Shown: positions 7,001 to 17,077 of the stretch, in pieces
Layout of the letters: each line of letters opens with the position of its first letter
How positions within the stretch are numbered: the first letter of the stretch is position 1
Assembly: GCA_050916045.1 (NCBI GenBank)
Contig: CP051526.1
Span: 3,424,001 to 3,488,000 of the forward strand
Direction: 5' to 3'
DNA length: 64,000 nucleotides
DNA from: Tepidisphaera sp.
GTDB taxonomy: Bacteria > Planctomycetota > Phycisphaerae > Phycisphaerales > UBA1924
Notes under the pieces: model-generated
What the model saw: the letters and a program-made list of their open reading frames with translations, nothing else
Told to the model about the DNA's origin: nothing
Database searches by the model: none
Made by a program: the position numbers and the translations under genes

Positions 7001-9892
7001 GTGCAGATCCAGGTTTCGTCTCCCTCGCGCACGCGCCGTTCGTTCACCCACGCGAAGGAAGCCGCGTGGCTCATGGTTTTCGCGACGGGTCTCGCCGCGG
7101 CTTTCGGACTGCGGCCCGTGCCCTCGACCGAATTCCCGCTTCTCGTCGCTGAGCAACGTCCGGCACCGGCCGCGTCAACGCAGGCCGCGGCGCCGACGGC
7201 GGCCGGATGGAGCATGACGGTGACGTCGGCGGACGGAAAGACGACCGCCCGGTCGCACTCGAACTTCCCAAGCTTTGCGCTCGCGAAAGGCGGCTCGCTG
7301 GACTTCGGCGTCGCGGCGGCGGACCAGAAGGTCGTGTTTGAGGGCACGCTCACGGTCGACAAGACCGGCCCGCACCGCTGGGCGATGGATGTCGAGGGCG
7401 GGAGAGCGACGATCCGTGTGAGCGGCGGGGGCAAGCAGGTCGCGACGGCTTCGGGCACGGGCGTGGCCGCTCGCGGCGAGCCGGGCGGGGTCCTGACAAA
7501 CTGGGCCGACATCACGCCGGGCGAATACAGCGTGGTGATCGAGTTCGTGCGCACGGGGGACGGTCCGGCGCGTCTCCGCACGGTGTGGGAGAAGCAGTGG
7601 CTTTCCGAGCTGCGTGCCGGGCTGGACCAGGGGTTCCTGGCGGAGCCGATTCCGACGGCGATGGTCAGGACCTCGGGAACGGTGGCGGACCAGACGCGTC
7701 TGTCGCGGCATGGCCGGGTGCTGCTGGGCGAGTACGGCTGCTTCAACTGTCACGACGGCGGCGATGCGGGCCCGACGGCGGTCGATTCGCGGAAAGCCCC
7801 GCTGCTGGGCGAGATCGCGCGACGCGCGAACCCCGACTGGCTTGTCAAGTGGATCGCGAACCCGGGGCAGGTCAAACCGCACACGCGGATGCCCGACGTG
7901 ATCGGCGACGGCCTGAACGAGCCGAACGTCGCGGTCAACATCACGCACTTCATCATGTCGTTCAACGGCGGCGATCCGGGGCCGGCGGAAACGCTTGCGA
8001 CCGAGCCGGAGGGGTTCGCTCGCGGGCGCGAGCTTTATCACACGCTCGGGTGTGTCGCGTGCCACGGCGCGTACGAATCACCGCGTGCGGTCTTCGGGGA
8101 GACGAGCCAGCCGGACACGGTTCCTTCGATGGACAAGGTGCACTCGCCGCACGGCAAGCTTTCCGGCAAGTGGCGGCCGGAGGCCCTCCGCGAGTTCCTG
8201 CTTGATCCGCTTCGCTCGCACCCGTCGGGCCGCATGCCGAACATGAAGCTGAGCGAAGAGGAAGCCGACCTCATCACGCGGTACCTCATCACCAAGTGGG
8301 ACGAGGGGAACAAGCCCAAGCCGACGGGGACGTTCAAGGTCGATCCGGGCCGCGCGGCTTTGGGCAACGCGGCGTACGCGACCAAGGGTTGCGCTGCGTG
8401 TCACGAGGTCGGCGGGGGCCGCGTTGAGATCGCGTCGATGGTGGAAGCCCGTCCGCTTTCGGACATGATGCCCGGGCGCGGATGCATGGATCCGGCGGAC
8501 ACCGGCTCGCCGCGGTTCGCTTTCCGGGACGGTGACATCGCGGCGCTGACGGCCGGGATCGAGAGCCTCAAGGTCGCGACGGGCGTGCCCGCGCCGATCG
8601 AGCACGAGCTTCAGACGATGGATGCTCTCAACTGCCGCGCGTGCCACGCCAAGGACGGTTCGGGCGGCGTGCCCCGCGAGTTTGACCCGTACTTCCGCTC
8701 GGCGAGCGAGAAGACCGAACTTGGCGACGAGGGTCGCTTGCCGCCGCAGCTCACGCTTGTGGGCTGGAAGCTGACGAGCAACTGGACGCGTCAGGTGCTG
8801 ATGGAAGCGGCTCGCGCCCGTCCGTACATGCTCTCGCGCATGCCGCAGTTCGGCAAGGACAACGTCGAAGGGCTGGTGCACGGGATGGCGAGCCATGACG
8901 GAGAGTGGCCCGACACCGACGCCCCCGAGCCCAAGTCTTCGGATGAGCTTGTCGCCGCCGGCCGCCGGTTGATCGGCGACCAGGGTCTCAACTGCATCTC
9001 GTGCCATGTCTGGGGCGATCTGCCGCCGGCGGGCACGGCCGGACCGAGCATCACGGAGTTCGCCGCTCGCTTGCGGTACGACTGGTGGCGTTCGTACATC
9101 CTCCAGCCCAAGCGGTTCAAGCCCGGCACCCGCATGAGCGAGTTCTACCTCACGGGCAAGTCCAGCGCCGTCGACGTCCTCAAGGGAGACGCGTACAAGC
9201 AGCCCGAAGCCATGTGGGCTTACTTCCAGACCGGCGAGTTCGGGCCCGCGCCCTCCGGTGTCGGCGCTTCCGGCGACTCCGTCAAACTCACGCCCGACGG
9301 CAAGCCCATCGTCTTTCGCTCATTCCTGCAGCACGCGGGAAGCCGGGGTATCGCGGTCGGCTTCCCCGCCGGCACCCACTTCGCCTACGACGCGACCAAG
9401 GTCCGTCTCGTTGAAGCGTGGAAGGGCGACTTCCTCGACGCCACCGGCGCATGGAAGAGCCGTGGCGGCAGCATCACCGGAGGCCAGGGCAAACTCATCT
9501 GGTCCGCTCCCAAGGGTCCGGCGATCGTCGTCGGAAGCGAAGCCCCAGCCACCTGGCCCGAAGCGGGCGGCGGCGAAGCAGGCCTCACCTTCGGCGGATA
9601 CCTGCTTGATGAAGCCGGCGTGCCGACTTTCCGCTCGACGATGAAGAGCGGCGACCTCACGCTCTCGATCACCGAACGCGTCACGCCCGGCCCCGCGGGC
9701 GAAGCCGCTTTCACCCGCGTCATCGGCGTTAGCGGCGCGAAGGGCAAAGCGTTCTGGATCAACGCGGGCGTCGGAACGATCATCCCGACGTGCCGAACCC
9801 CGATCCAGACCAAGACCGTCGACGGCCAGACCTGGATCCGCGTGCTTTCCTTCGAGGATCAGGTCGAAGTCACGATGGCGGTGACGCCGTAA
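7001..9892 (+). CDS. Exported pentaheme c-type cytochrome (start uncertain; ATG 7073 is an alternative)
   Basis: Five CxxCH motifs (CFNCH, CVACH, CAACH, CRACH, CISCH), most followed by distal 'RMP'/'RMS' Met-ligand motifs. Confidence 0.85.
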   Translation: MQIQVSSPSRTRRSFTHAKEAAWLMVFATGLAAAFGLRPVPSTEFPLLVAEQRPAPAASTQAAAPTAAGWSMTVTSADGKTTARSHSNFPSFALAKGGSLDFGVAAADQKVVFEGTLTVDKTGPHRWAMDVEGGRATIRVSGGGKQVATASGTGVAARGEPGGVLTNWADITPGEYSVVIEFVRTGDGPARLRTVWEKQWLSELRAGLDQGFLAEPIPTAMVRTSGTVADQTRLSRHGRVLLGEYGCFNCHDGGDAGPTAVDSRKAPLLGEIARRANPDWLVKWIANPGQVKPHTRMPDVIGDGLNEPNVAVNITHFIMSFNGGDPGPAETLATEPEGFARGRELYHTLGCVACHGAYESPRAVFGETSQPDTVPSMDKVHSPHGKLSGKWRPEALREFLLDPLRSHPSGRMPNMKLSEEEADLITRYLITKWDEGNKPKPTGTFKVDPGRAALGNAAYATKGCAACHEVGGGRVEIASMVEARPLSDMMPGRGCMDPADTGSPRFAFRDGDIAALTAGIESLKVATGVPAPIEHELQTMDALNCRACHAKDGSGGVPREFDPYFRSASEKTELGDEGRLPPQLTLVGWKLTSNWTRQVLMEAARARPYMLSRMPQFGKDNVEGLVHGMASHDGEWPDTDAPEPKSSDELVAAGRRLIGDQGLNCISCHVWGDLPPAGTAGPSITEFAARLRYDWWRSYILQPKRFKPGTRMSEFYLTGKSSAVDVLKGDAYKQPEAMWAYFQTGEFGPAPSGVGASGDSVKLTPDGKPIVFRSFLQHAGSRGIAVGFPAGTHFAYDATKVRLVEAWKGDFLDATGAWKSRGGSITGGQGKLIWSAPKGPAIVVGSEAPATWPEAGGGEAGLTFGGYLLDEAGVPTFRSTMKSGDLTLSITERVTPGPAGEAAFTRVIGVSGAKGKAFWINAGVGTIIPTCRTPIQTKTVDGQTWIRVLSFEDQVEVTMAVTP

Positions 9893-9949
9893 CGGCAGCT
9901 GGCGGGTCTGCAGGGCTTTGGGCTGCAGATTCTCGGCTTTCAGTCTCGG

Positions 9950-9998
9950 ATTTCACATTTCAGATCTCGAATTTCAAATCTCAAATCTCAAGCTTCAA
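9950..9998 (+). repeat. Imperfect heptamer tandem repeat (ATYTCAA-like x7) in an intergenic spacer
   Basis: atttcac atttcag atctcga atttcaa atctcaa atctcaa gcttcaa. Confidence 0.75.
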
Positions 9999-10025
9999 CG
10001 ACCTGATTCAACCCGCGAGCTCACC

Positions 10026-12179
10026 ATGCATATTCGCGCCGCACTCTTTGCTCTGTCCCTTGCTCTGCCGGTCTTCGCCCAGCCGGGTGAGCCGATCGCT
10101 CAGCCCGGGACGCAGCCCGCCAACCCGCCGATCATCATCCGCAACGTCGAGTACACGAAGCTCGCGACGCGCGAGGAAACCGAGCGGCGGATGCTCGACC
10201 TGCTCTCGCCCTCGCGGGCCAAGTGGGGCACCTGGTACGGCATAGGCTCCTTCGAGGGCGGCATCGGCTCCATCAAGAACGCCAAGCCGCCGGAGGACGA
10301 GCTCAAGAACATGGCCGCCGGCGGACCGGGCCCGGATCTGAAAGCCGAGTACACGGCCAAGGGCGGGGCCAAAGCCGGCTGGAAGCCGCTTGGCAGCAAG
10401 GTCGGCGAGGTCGTCAACTTTCTCGCGTTCACGCCGAACAACCTGCAGAGCAACGTCACGGGGTACATCTACACGACCGTCACGGCCGACAAAGCCATGA
10501 CGCTCGATGTCACGATGGGCTCGGACGACGGCTTGCGGTTCTGGCTGAACGGCCGGCTTCTCTTGGACGCGGACGGACCGAACAGTCTGGACCCCGAGCG
10601 TCACCAGCTTCGCCTTGACCTCAAGAAGGGTGTGAACCACGTCTTCGTCAAGGTCACGCAGGGGCAAGTCGGCTGGGAGTATCAGCTCAACGCGGGCGCG
10701 GTGCTTGACCCCAGCACGCGCCAGCTTCTCGACTACCACCTCGACGTGGACTTCCCCCCCACGGCCGAAGCCGAGTACTACCGGTCGTTCCCGATCCTGC
10801 TGCCGCCGAGCGTGGTGCTCGAAGCCGGCGGCGTGGATGTCATGCCCGACGGCCGCCCGATCGTGAGCACCCGCCGCGGCGACGTGTACATCATCGGCAA
10901 CGCGTACGCCGAGCCGCCCCTGGAGTGCACCTTTGTCCGCTACGCCGAGGGCTTGCACGAGCCGCTCGGCCTTCGCGTCCGCAAGGAGCAGTTCGAGGGC
11001 CGCGAGGTCGTCGCGGTGTACTGCGTGCAGCGCGGTGAGCTCACCCGCATGATCGATCTCGACGGAGACGACCGCGCCGACCTGTTCCAGACCGTGACCG
11101 ACGGCTGGGGCGTCTCGGGGAACTACCACGAGTTCGCGTTCGGGCCCAAGTTCGGCCCTGACGGGAAAGCGTGGATCACGCTCAACGTCGGGTTCTGCGA
11201 TGCGCTGGGGAAGAGCATCGTTCCGTGGCGCGGCTGGTCGCTGACGACGGACGTGAACGACCCGTCCGGCAAGCTTGAGCCGATCTCCTCGGGGTTGCGT
11301 TCGCCCAACGGCATCGGGTTCTGGAGCGACGGCCAGGCGTTCTACCTCGACAACCAGGGTGACTACGTCGGGACCAACCGCCTTGCTCCGATGTACAAGG
11401 GCGGCTGGAACGGGCACCCCGCCGGCCTGCGCTGGCGTGAGGATTACACCAAGGAGATGGACAACCCGAAGAACTATCCCAAGCTGACGCCCGCGGCGGT
11501 CTGGTTCCCGTACAGGAAGATGGGGCAGTCCTCGGCGGACTTTGTGATGTCGACACCCGCGGACGGAGCGACGCCCGGAACCTTCGGGCCCTTCGACGGC
11601 CAGGGCTGGGTCGGTGACCAGACGCTTTGCATGGTGATGCGGGTGACGCTTGAGAAGATCAACGGCGTGTACCAGGGAGCGTGCTATCCGTTCCGAAGCG
11701 GGCTTCAGTGCGGCGTGAACCGTCTCGCGTGGGGCAAGGACGGGTCGCTCTTCGTCGGGCAGACGGACCGCGGGTGGGGCTCGATCGGCCGGGCGCGGTA
11801 CGGCTTGGAGCGGATCAAGTTCACCGGCAAGGTCCCCTTCGAGATGAAGGAGATCAAGGTCCGCAAGGATGGGTTTGACGTGGAGTTCACGGCGGATGTG
11901 GACCCCAAGACGGCCGGTGACGCGACTTCGTACTCCTGCGTGTCGTATACCTATGAGTACCACGCGAAGTACGGGTCGGACGAGATGGAGACGAAGAAGC
12001 CCGGGGTGACCAAAGCCGAGGTGATCGGCCCGCGCACCGTCCGCCTTACGATCGACGGGATGAGAGCGGGCGGAACGGGATATGTCCACGAAATCACGGG
12101 GCTTGGCGTGCGGGACAAGTCCGGGGCGGCGATGCTCCACACCACCGCGTACTACACCGTGCAGGTGCTCCCCGAGTAA
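10026..12179 (+). CDS. Secreted protein with a PA14-like domain and a sorbosone/glucose-dehydrogenase-like beta-propeller
   Basis: Signal peptide MHIRAALFALSLALPVFAQ; GSDDGLRFWLNG (PA14-like); DLDGDDRAD, NYHEFAFG, SGLRSPNG, DNQGDY. Confidence 0.7.
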   Translation: MHIRAALFALSLALPVFAQPGEPIAQPGTQPANPPIIIRNVEYTKLATREETERRMLDLLSPSRAKWGTWYGIGSFEGGIGSIKNAKPPEDELKNMAAGGPGPDLKAEYTAKGGAKAGWKPLGSKVGEVVNFLAFTPNNLQSNVTGYIYTTVTADKAMTLDVTMGSDDGLRFWLNGRLLLDADGPNSLDPERHQLRLDLKKGVNHVFVKVTQGQVGWEYQLNAGAVLDPSTRQLLDYHLDVDFPPTAEAEYYRSFPILLPPSVVLEAGGVDVMPDGRPIVSTRRGDVYIIGNAYAEPPLECTFVRYAEGLHEPLGLRVRKEQFEGREVVAVYCVQRGELTRMIDLDGDDRADLFQTVTDGWGVSGNYHEFAFGPKFGPDGKAWITLNVGFCDALGKSIVPWRGWSLTTDVNDPSGKLEPISSGLRSPNGIGFWSDGQAFYLDNQGDYVGTNRLAPMYKGGWNGHPAGLRWREDYTKEMDNPKNYPKLTPAAVWFPYRKMGQSSADFVMSTPADGATPGTFGPFDGQGWVGDQTLCMVMRVTLEKINGVYQGACYPFRSGLQCGVNRLAWGKDGSLFVGQTDRGWGSIGRARYGLERIKFTGKVPFEMKEIKVRKDGFDVEFTADVDPKTAGDATSYSCVSYTYEYHAKYGSDEMETKKPGVTKAEVIGPRTVRLTIDGMRAGGTGYVHEITGLGVRDKSGAAMLHTTAYYTVQVLPE

Positions 12180-12241
12180 TCACCGGGAGATGCACAGAAT
12201 CGAGCCGACTTGACTCCCTGTGGATTTCGCTACAGTTGAAC

Positions 12242-13516
12242 GTGCCCTCCGAGACACCCCGACCTTCGTTTCACGCCGCTTTGAGCGCACACGTCGATGC
12301 CGTGGCGGCGGCGACGCGCTGTGCTGAGCAGGTGATCCGGTCCGCGGCGGGCTCGCCAATCGACGTCGTCTTTCTCTTCATCGCGGGCGATCACATCGCT
12401 CAGGCGGAAGCGGTGGCGACGGTGGTGCGTGAGCGGCTGGGGCCCAGGCACCTGATCGGCACGTCCTCCGAGGGTGTGGTCGGCGGAGCCGTGGAGGTCG
12501 AGGGAGCCGCGGCGGTCTCGATGCTGGCGATGACGCTCCCGGGCGTCAAGATCCACACCTTCACGGATTCGGACATCCCGCCGATCCCGGACGACCTGGA
12601 CGCGGATTCGATCGCAAGCCTGTCGCAGGGGATCGGCGCGGGGCCCGACACGAAAGCGACCTTTCTCTTCGTCGACTCCTTCAGCGTGCCGATGGTGCGC
12701 CTGATGCCGGCGCTGAACCAGGCCAAGCGGGCGGCTTCCAAGGGAGGAGCCGCGGGGATTCTCGTCGGCGGGCTCTCGTCGGGCGCGTCGGGACCGGGAA
12801 AGACGCGTCTGATCCTCGATGAGCGGGTGCGCACGCAAGGGCTGGTCGGGCTTTCGATGTCGGGCGACATCACGGTTGACGCTCTGGTGTCGCAGGGGTG
12901 CCGTCCGATCGGTCAGCCGTTTGTGATCACCAAAGCCCGCGGGAATCTGATTCTGGAGCTCGGCGGAAGGCCGGCGCTTGATGCGATCCAAGACGCGGTC
13001 AACGACCTGCCGACGAGCGACCAGCAGCGGCTTCACAACAGCCTGCTGATCGGACGGGTGGTGAACGAGTACAAGGATCGGTTCGGGCGGAGCGACTTCC
13101 TGATCCGCGCGATCATCGGGGTGGACAAGGAACTCAAAGCGGTCGCGATCGCGGACATCGTGCGCCCGGGGATCACGGTGCAGCTGCAGCTTCGCGATGC
13201 CGAGACGGCGACGCAGGACCTCCTGATGCTTTTGGATGCCCAGCAGCTTCACACGCCACCGCATGGGGCTTTGCTTTTCACGTGTAATGGACGTGGGACG
13301 CGGCTTTTCACCAAACCGAGCCATGACGCTTCGCGGATCGTCGGGGCGTTCGCGGGGACGACGCCGGGGGAAGGTTCGGCCAAGCCGGGCGAGCAGATCG
13401 ACCCGGGAGCGGCGACGCTCCCGCTGGCGGGGTTCTTCGCGGCCGGGGAGATCGGGCCTGTGGGCGAAGACAGCTACCTGCACGGGCAGACGGCGTGCGC
13501 GGTGCTCTTCCGGTGA
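12242..13516 (+). CDS. FIST N/FIST C domain signal-transduction protein
   Basis: VSQGCRPIG, LLFTCNGRG, GFFAAGEIGP..LHGQT. GTG start 5 nt after TACAGT. Confidence 0.88.
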   Translation: MPSETPRPSFHAALSAHVDAVAAATRCAEQVIRSAAGSPIDVVFLFIAGDHIAQAEAVATVVRERLGPRHLIGTSSEGVVGGAVEVEGAAAVSMLAMTLPGVKIHTFTDSDIPPIPDDLDADSIASLSQGIGAGPDTKATFLFVDSFSVPMVRLMPALNQAKRAASKGGAAGILVGGLSSGASGPGKTRLILDERVRTQGLVGLSMSGDITVDALVSQGCRPIGQPFVITKARGNLILELGGRPALDAIQDAVNDLPTSDQQRLHNSLLIGRVVNEYKDRFGRSDFLIRAIIGVDKELKAVAIADIVRPGITVQLQLRDAETATQDLLMLLDAQQLHTPPHGALLFTCNGRGTRLFTKPSHDASRIVGAFAGTTPGEGSAKPGEQIDPGAATLPLAGFFAAGEIGPVGEDSYLHGQTACAVLFR

Positions 13517-13526
13517 AAGCACATCG

Positions 13527-14060
13527 CTAGACCGCGACGTAGGCGAGTACGACGGCGGACGCGCCGCACAGAATCACTCCCGCCATCGCCCACCATGCCC
13601 ATCGGCGCGGGAGCAGTGTCAGCCAAGGCGAAACTCCGGCGCACACCAGGGCGAGCTTGTGCAAAGCCTTCGCGTTCGCAGAGTCAAACACAACCGCATC
13701 AGCGTTGTTGCGACTTATCCACACATTCGCGGCGTACGGATCGAAGCCCGCCCGGATCATCCGCTCGAGAATCACCGAATGCGCGACGCTGGCGTGCGCC
13801 AGCCACATCGCGACCCAAGCGACGATCGCCGCACCGAGGAACGCCGCTCGCCATCGCACAAACTCGACGATCGTGCGGTCCGGGGCGGCCGGTCTGCGCT
13901 CGCGGCCATCGCACTCCGGGCAGCGGGCTTCACGGTCAAGCCCCGCGAGGTCGTACTCGCAGTTGTCGCAAAGGGAAACCGACCTGTCGCTCCGCTCGAC
14001 GCGAGTCCGCACCACAAGCGCTGCAAACGCCACAAGGAAAGACAGCGCCACGTAGCCCAT
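13527..14060 (-). CDS. Hypothetical membrane protein with Zn-ribbon motif
   Basis: CDNCEYDLAGL...CPECDG between hydrophobic segments. Confidence 0.7.
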   Translation of the reverse strand: MGYVALSFLVAFAALVVRTRVERSDRSVSLCDNCEYDLAGLDREARCPECDGRERRPAAPDRTIVEFVRWRAAFLGAAIVAWVAMWLAHASVAHSVILERMIRAGFDPYAANVWISRNNADAVVFDSANAKALHKLALVCAGVSPWLTLLPRRWAWWAMAGVILCGASAVVLAYVAV

Positions 14061-14074
14061 GGGGTCTCAACCCT

Positions 14075-15457
14075 TCAGGAGTGCAGGGCCGGCGTCACAA
14101 CGCCGTCGCACACGCCGAACCCGATCCGGCGCCGTCCGGGGCTTTCGCACCAGCCGCGCATCACGACGCGGTCGCCGTCGGCGAGGAAGGTGCGCTTTTC
14201 GCCGGTGGGGAGCTCAATCGGCGTGCGCGGCTTGGGCTTGCCGGTGGCCGGGTCGACGCCCGCCCATGTTGATTCGAGCAGACACCCGCGGCTTTCGCCG
14301 CTCGGACCGCTGACGGTGCCGCTCGCGATCAGATCGCCGACCTGAAGGTTGCAGCCGTTGCTGGTGTGGTGCGTGAGCATCTGGGCGAGCGTCCAGTACA
14401 TATCGGCGAAGGTGCCGCGAGCGACGACCTTCGGGGGCATGTTCTTGGTGCGCATCTCGGCCGACTGGATCGCAACCTCGAGGTTGATCGCGAAACCGCC
14501 GTGCTTCTGGTCGCCATCGTCAAGGAGGTACGCGAGCGGCTTGGGGTCGCTCGCGCCGCGAGCGGCACCGGGAGCCCGAAACGGCGCGAGGGCTTCCATC
14601 GTCACGATGAACGGGCTGATCGTCGTCGCGAAGTTCTTCGCGAGGAACGGGCCCAGCGGCTGATACTCCCACTTCTGGATGTCGCGGGCGGACCAGTCGT
14701 TGACGAGGCAGAGGCCCATCATGTGCTCTTCGGCTTCCGCCAGGGTCACGGGCTCGCCCAGCGGGTTGTGACGCCCGACGACGCACCCGACCTCAAGCTC
14801 GTAGTCGAGCATCTTGCAGGGGCCAAAGCTCGGTCCGGCCGCTTGGTTGTCGTCGGCCGGCGATTGCTGGCCTCGCGGACGGCGGATCTCCGACCCGCTG
14901 ATCACGATGGACGACGCCCGGCCGTGGTACCCGATCGGGACGTGCTTGTAGTTCGGGAGGAGCGGGTTGTCCGGCCGGAACATCGAGCCGACCGTCGTCG
15001 CGTGATGGATGCTCGCGTAGAAATCGGTGTAGTTCTCGATGTCCACCGGCGGGTAAAGCGTCGTCGAGTCGAGCGGCTTCAAACACTTGTCGCGAAGCCT
15101 GCGTGCCTGCTGGCCGCCGCTCTTGGCCGTCGGCCCGTCCGCCCGCAGGTAGTTCTGCACCGCCCGGCGGATCTCGCTGAGCATGCCGGGTTCCTCCGCG
15201 GCGTACGCCCACGTGGGAACGTGAAGCAGCTCGACGATCTCCTCGTCAAGTTCGAGCGCCCCCGCGCTCGAAAGCGTCGAGACGTCGAGGATCTGGTCCC
15301 CGATCGGGATGCCGAGGTGCGCGTGGGTGTGCCCGTCGTGCTCGGCAAGGAACGCACCAAGCGGCAGGTTCTGGATCGGAAAGTCCGTCGCGGGGTCGTT
15401 CGCGGATTCGACCCAGGACTTAAGGGATGGGTCGTGCGTCTCGTTGATCTCGTGCAT
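14075..15457 (-). CDS. fahA: Fumarylacetoacetase
   Basis: TDFPIQNLP, YTDFYASIHHA, PIGYHGRASS, LDYELE, NDWSARDIQKWEYQPLGPF, SGTVSG. Confidence 0.93.
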   Translation of the reverse strand: MHEINETHDPSLKSWVESANDPATDFPIQNLPLGAFLAEHDGHTHAHLGIPIGDQILDVSTLSSAGALELDEEIVELLHVPTWAYAAEEPGMLSEIRRAVQNYLRADGPTAKSGGQQARRLRDKCLKPLDSTTLYPPVDIENYTDFYASIHHATTVGSMFRPDNPLLPNYKHVPIGYHGRASSIVISGSEIRRPRGQQSPADDNQAAGPSFGPCKMLDYELEVGCVVGRHNPLGEPVTLAEAEEHMMGLCLVNDWSARDIQKWEYQPLGPFLAKNFATTISPFIVTMEALAPFRAPGAARGASDPKPLAYLLDDGDQKHGGFAINLEVAIQSAEMRTKNMPPKVVARGTFADMYWTLAQMLTHHTSNGCNLQVGDLIASGTVSGPSGESRGCLLESTWAGVDPATGKPKPRTPIELPTGEKRTFLADGDRVVMRGWCESPGRRRIGFGVCDGVVTPALHS

Positions 15458-15536
15458 AAGCCATGATACTGCCGGTCGGATGCCGCCGCGAGGAAGGACG
15501 CCGAAACCCCCCGGCCCGCCTCCGGTACACTGCGCC

Positions 15537-17045
15537 ATGCGAACGCTTGCCCTGACCGCTCTTGCTTTCCTGCTCCCGCTCACCCCCGCTCTGGCGCAGG
15601 ACGCCCAGCCCGCCCAGCCGGCCTCCAACGAGCCGCAGGCCACTCAGGCTTCCTCCTTCGAACTGCTGCTTGACGCACAAGCCCATCCCAAGCCCTATTC
15701 CGGCCGCGTCTACCTCGTCTTCTCGACCCGTCACAACACCGAGCCCCGCCGCATGATGGGCGACTGGTTCTCCAAGACCCAGATCGTCGCGCTCGACGTA
15801 CAAGCGGTCGCACCCGGCTCGAGCTTCGGCATCCCCGACGGTGCCATGGGCTGGCCCCAAGCTCCCAAGGACATCCCCGCCGGCGAGTACACCGTGCAAG
15901 CCGTCGCCCGCGTCAATCCCGACGCCCCCACCGCCGGCGAGGGTGCTGGCGACCTTTACTCCAAGCCGCTCCGAGTGAAGTTTGACCGCTCCGTGCCCAC
16001 GCTCGTGCCTACCCGCCTGGTGCTCGACCAGACCGTCGCCGAACGCAAGTTCCGCGAGAACGACCGCGTCAAGCTCTTCGAGATGAAGAGCCCGAGCTTG
16101 TCCAAGTTCCTCGGCCGTGACCGCACGATCCGCGCCGGCGTCGTGCTTCCCAAGGAGTGGAAGGACGACCAGGCTTCGTCATACCCGACGCTGGTGTGGA
16201 TCCCAGGCTTCGGCGGAGACCATCACGGTGCGAGCGCCATGTCCCGCATGCTCGGCGATGACTGCCTGATCATCGTCCCCGACCCGTCGTGCTACCGCGG
16301 CCACTCGGTCTTTGCCGACAGCGCCAACAACGGCCCCTGGGGCCAGGCTTTGGTCGAAGAGCTCATCCCGGCGATCGAAGCCAAGTTCCACGGCGCGAAG
16401 TCCGCCGACAACCGGTTCGTTTCCGGCATGTCTTCCGGCGGCTGGTCAAGCCTCTGGCTTCAGGTCTCTTACCCCGACTTCTTCGGCGGCGTCTGGTCGC
16501 ACTGCCCCGACCCCGTCGATTTCCGAGACTTCCAGCAGATCAACCTCTACGAGCCGGGCATGAACCTCTTCAAGGATCCCCAGGGCGGCCGCCGCCCGGT
16601 CGCCCGTCAGGGCGACACCCCCTCGCTCTTCATGGAGGACTTCGTCGCCCAGGAGGAAGTCATGGGCCCCGGCGGCCAGATCCACGCATTCGAAGCCGTT
16701 TTCTCGCCCAGGCTGGCCGACGGCCAGCCCCGCCCCATGTTCGACCGCAAGACCGGCGCCATCGACGTCGAAACCGCCAAGCTTTGGAAGCCCTACGACA
16801 TCCGCCTCAAGCTCGAACGCGAGTGGTCGACCCTCGGACCCAAGCTCAAGGGCAAGCTCCACATCTATGCCGGCGAGAAGGACACCTTTTACCTCGAGGG
16901 TGCCACGCGCCGCCTCGGCGAAACGCTCAAGGCGCTCGGAAGCGATGCCACCGTGGAGATCATCCCGGGAATGCCCCACACGATCCACCGCGCCGGCATC
17001 ACATCCATGCTCAACGACATCAAAGCGAGGCAGGGCAAGCCCTAA
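15537..17045 (+). CDS. Secreted alpha/beta-hydrolase (Fes-like putative esterase)
   Basis: Signal peptide; GMSSGG nucleophile elbow; GEKD and GMPH candidate triad residues. Confidence 0.8.
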   Translation: MRTLALTALAFLLPLTPALAQDAQPAQPASNEPQATQASSFELLLDAQAHPKPYSGRVYLVFSTRHNTEPRRMMGDWFSKTQIVALDVQAVAPGSSFGIPDGAMGWPQAPKDIPAGEYTVQAVARVNPDAPTAGEGAGDLYSKPLRVKFDRSVPTLVPTRLVLDQTVAERKFRENDRVKLFEMKSPSLSKFLGRDRTIRAGVVLPKEWKDDQASSYPTLVWIPGFGGDHHGASAMSRMLGDDCLIIVPDPSCYRGHSVFADSANNGPWGQALVEELIPAIEAKFHGAKSADNRFVSGMSSGGWSSLWLQVSYPDFFGGVWSHCPDPVDFRDFQQINLYEPGMNLFKDPQGGRRPVARQGDTPSLFMEDFVAQEEVMGPGGQIHAFEAVFSPRLADGQPRPMFDRKTGAIDVETAKLWKPYDIRLKLEREWSTLGPKLKGKLHIYAGEKDTFYLEGATRRLGETLKALGSDATVEIIPGMPHTIHRAGITSMLNDIKARQGKP

Positions 17046-17077
17046 GCCGCCAACACGGGCTCACCCGACGCGCCAGA

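Noticed and set aside
9950..9998. Possible CRISPR array (also the 15-bp repeats at 31-117)
   Set aside because: Repeats are contiguous, short and without unique spacers; no cas genes are in the window.
9918..10025. N-terminal extension of the ORF at 9918 (FHISDLEFQISNLK)
   Set aside because: It is the translation of the heptamer repeat; the signal peptide begins at ATG 10026.
15309..15643. Overlapping N-terminal extensions of fahA and the esterase given by the ORF track
   Set aside because: The recognisable starts are 15457(-) and 15537(+), each with a TAnnnT box, leaving an ordinary divergent spacer.
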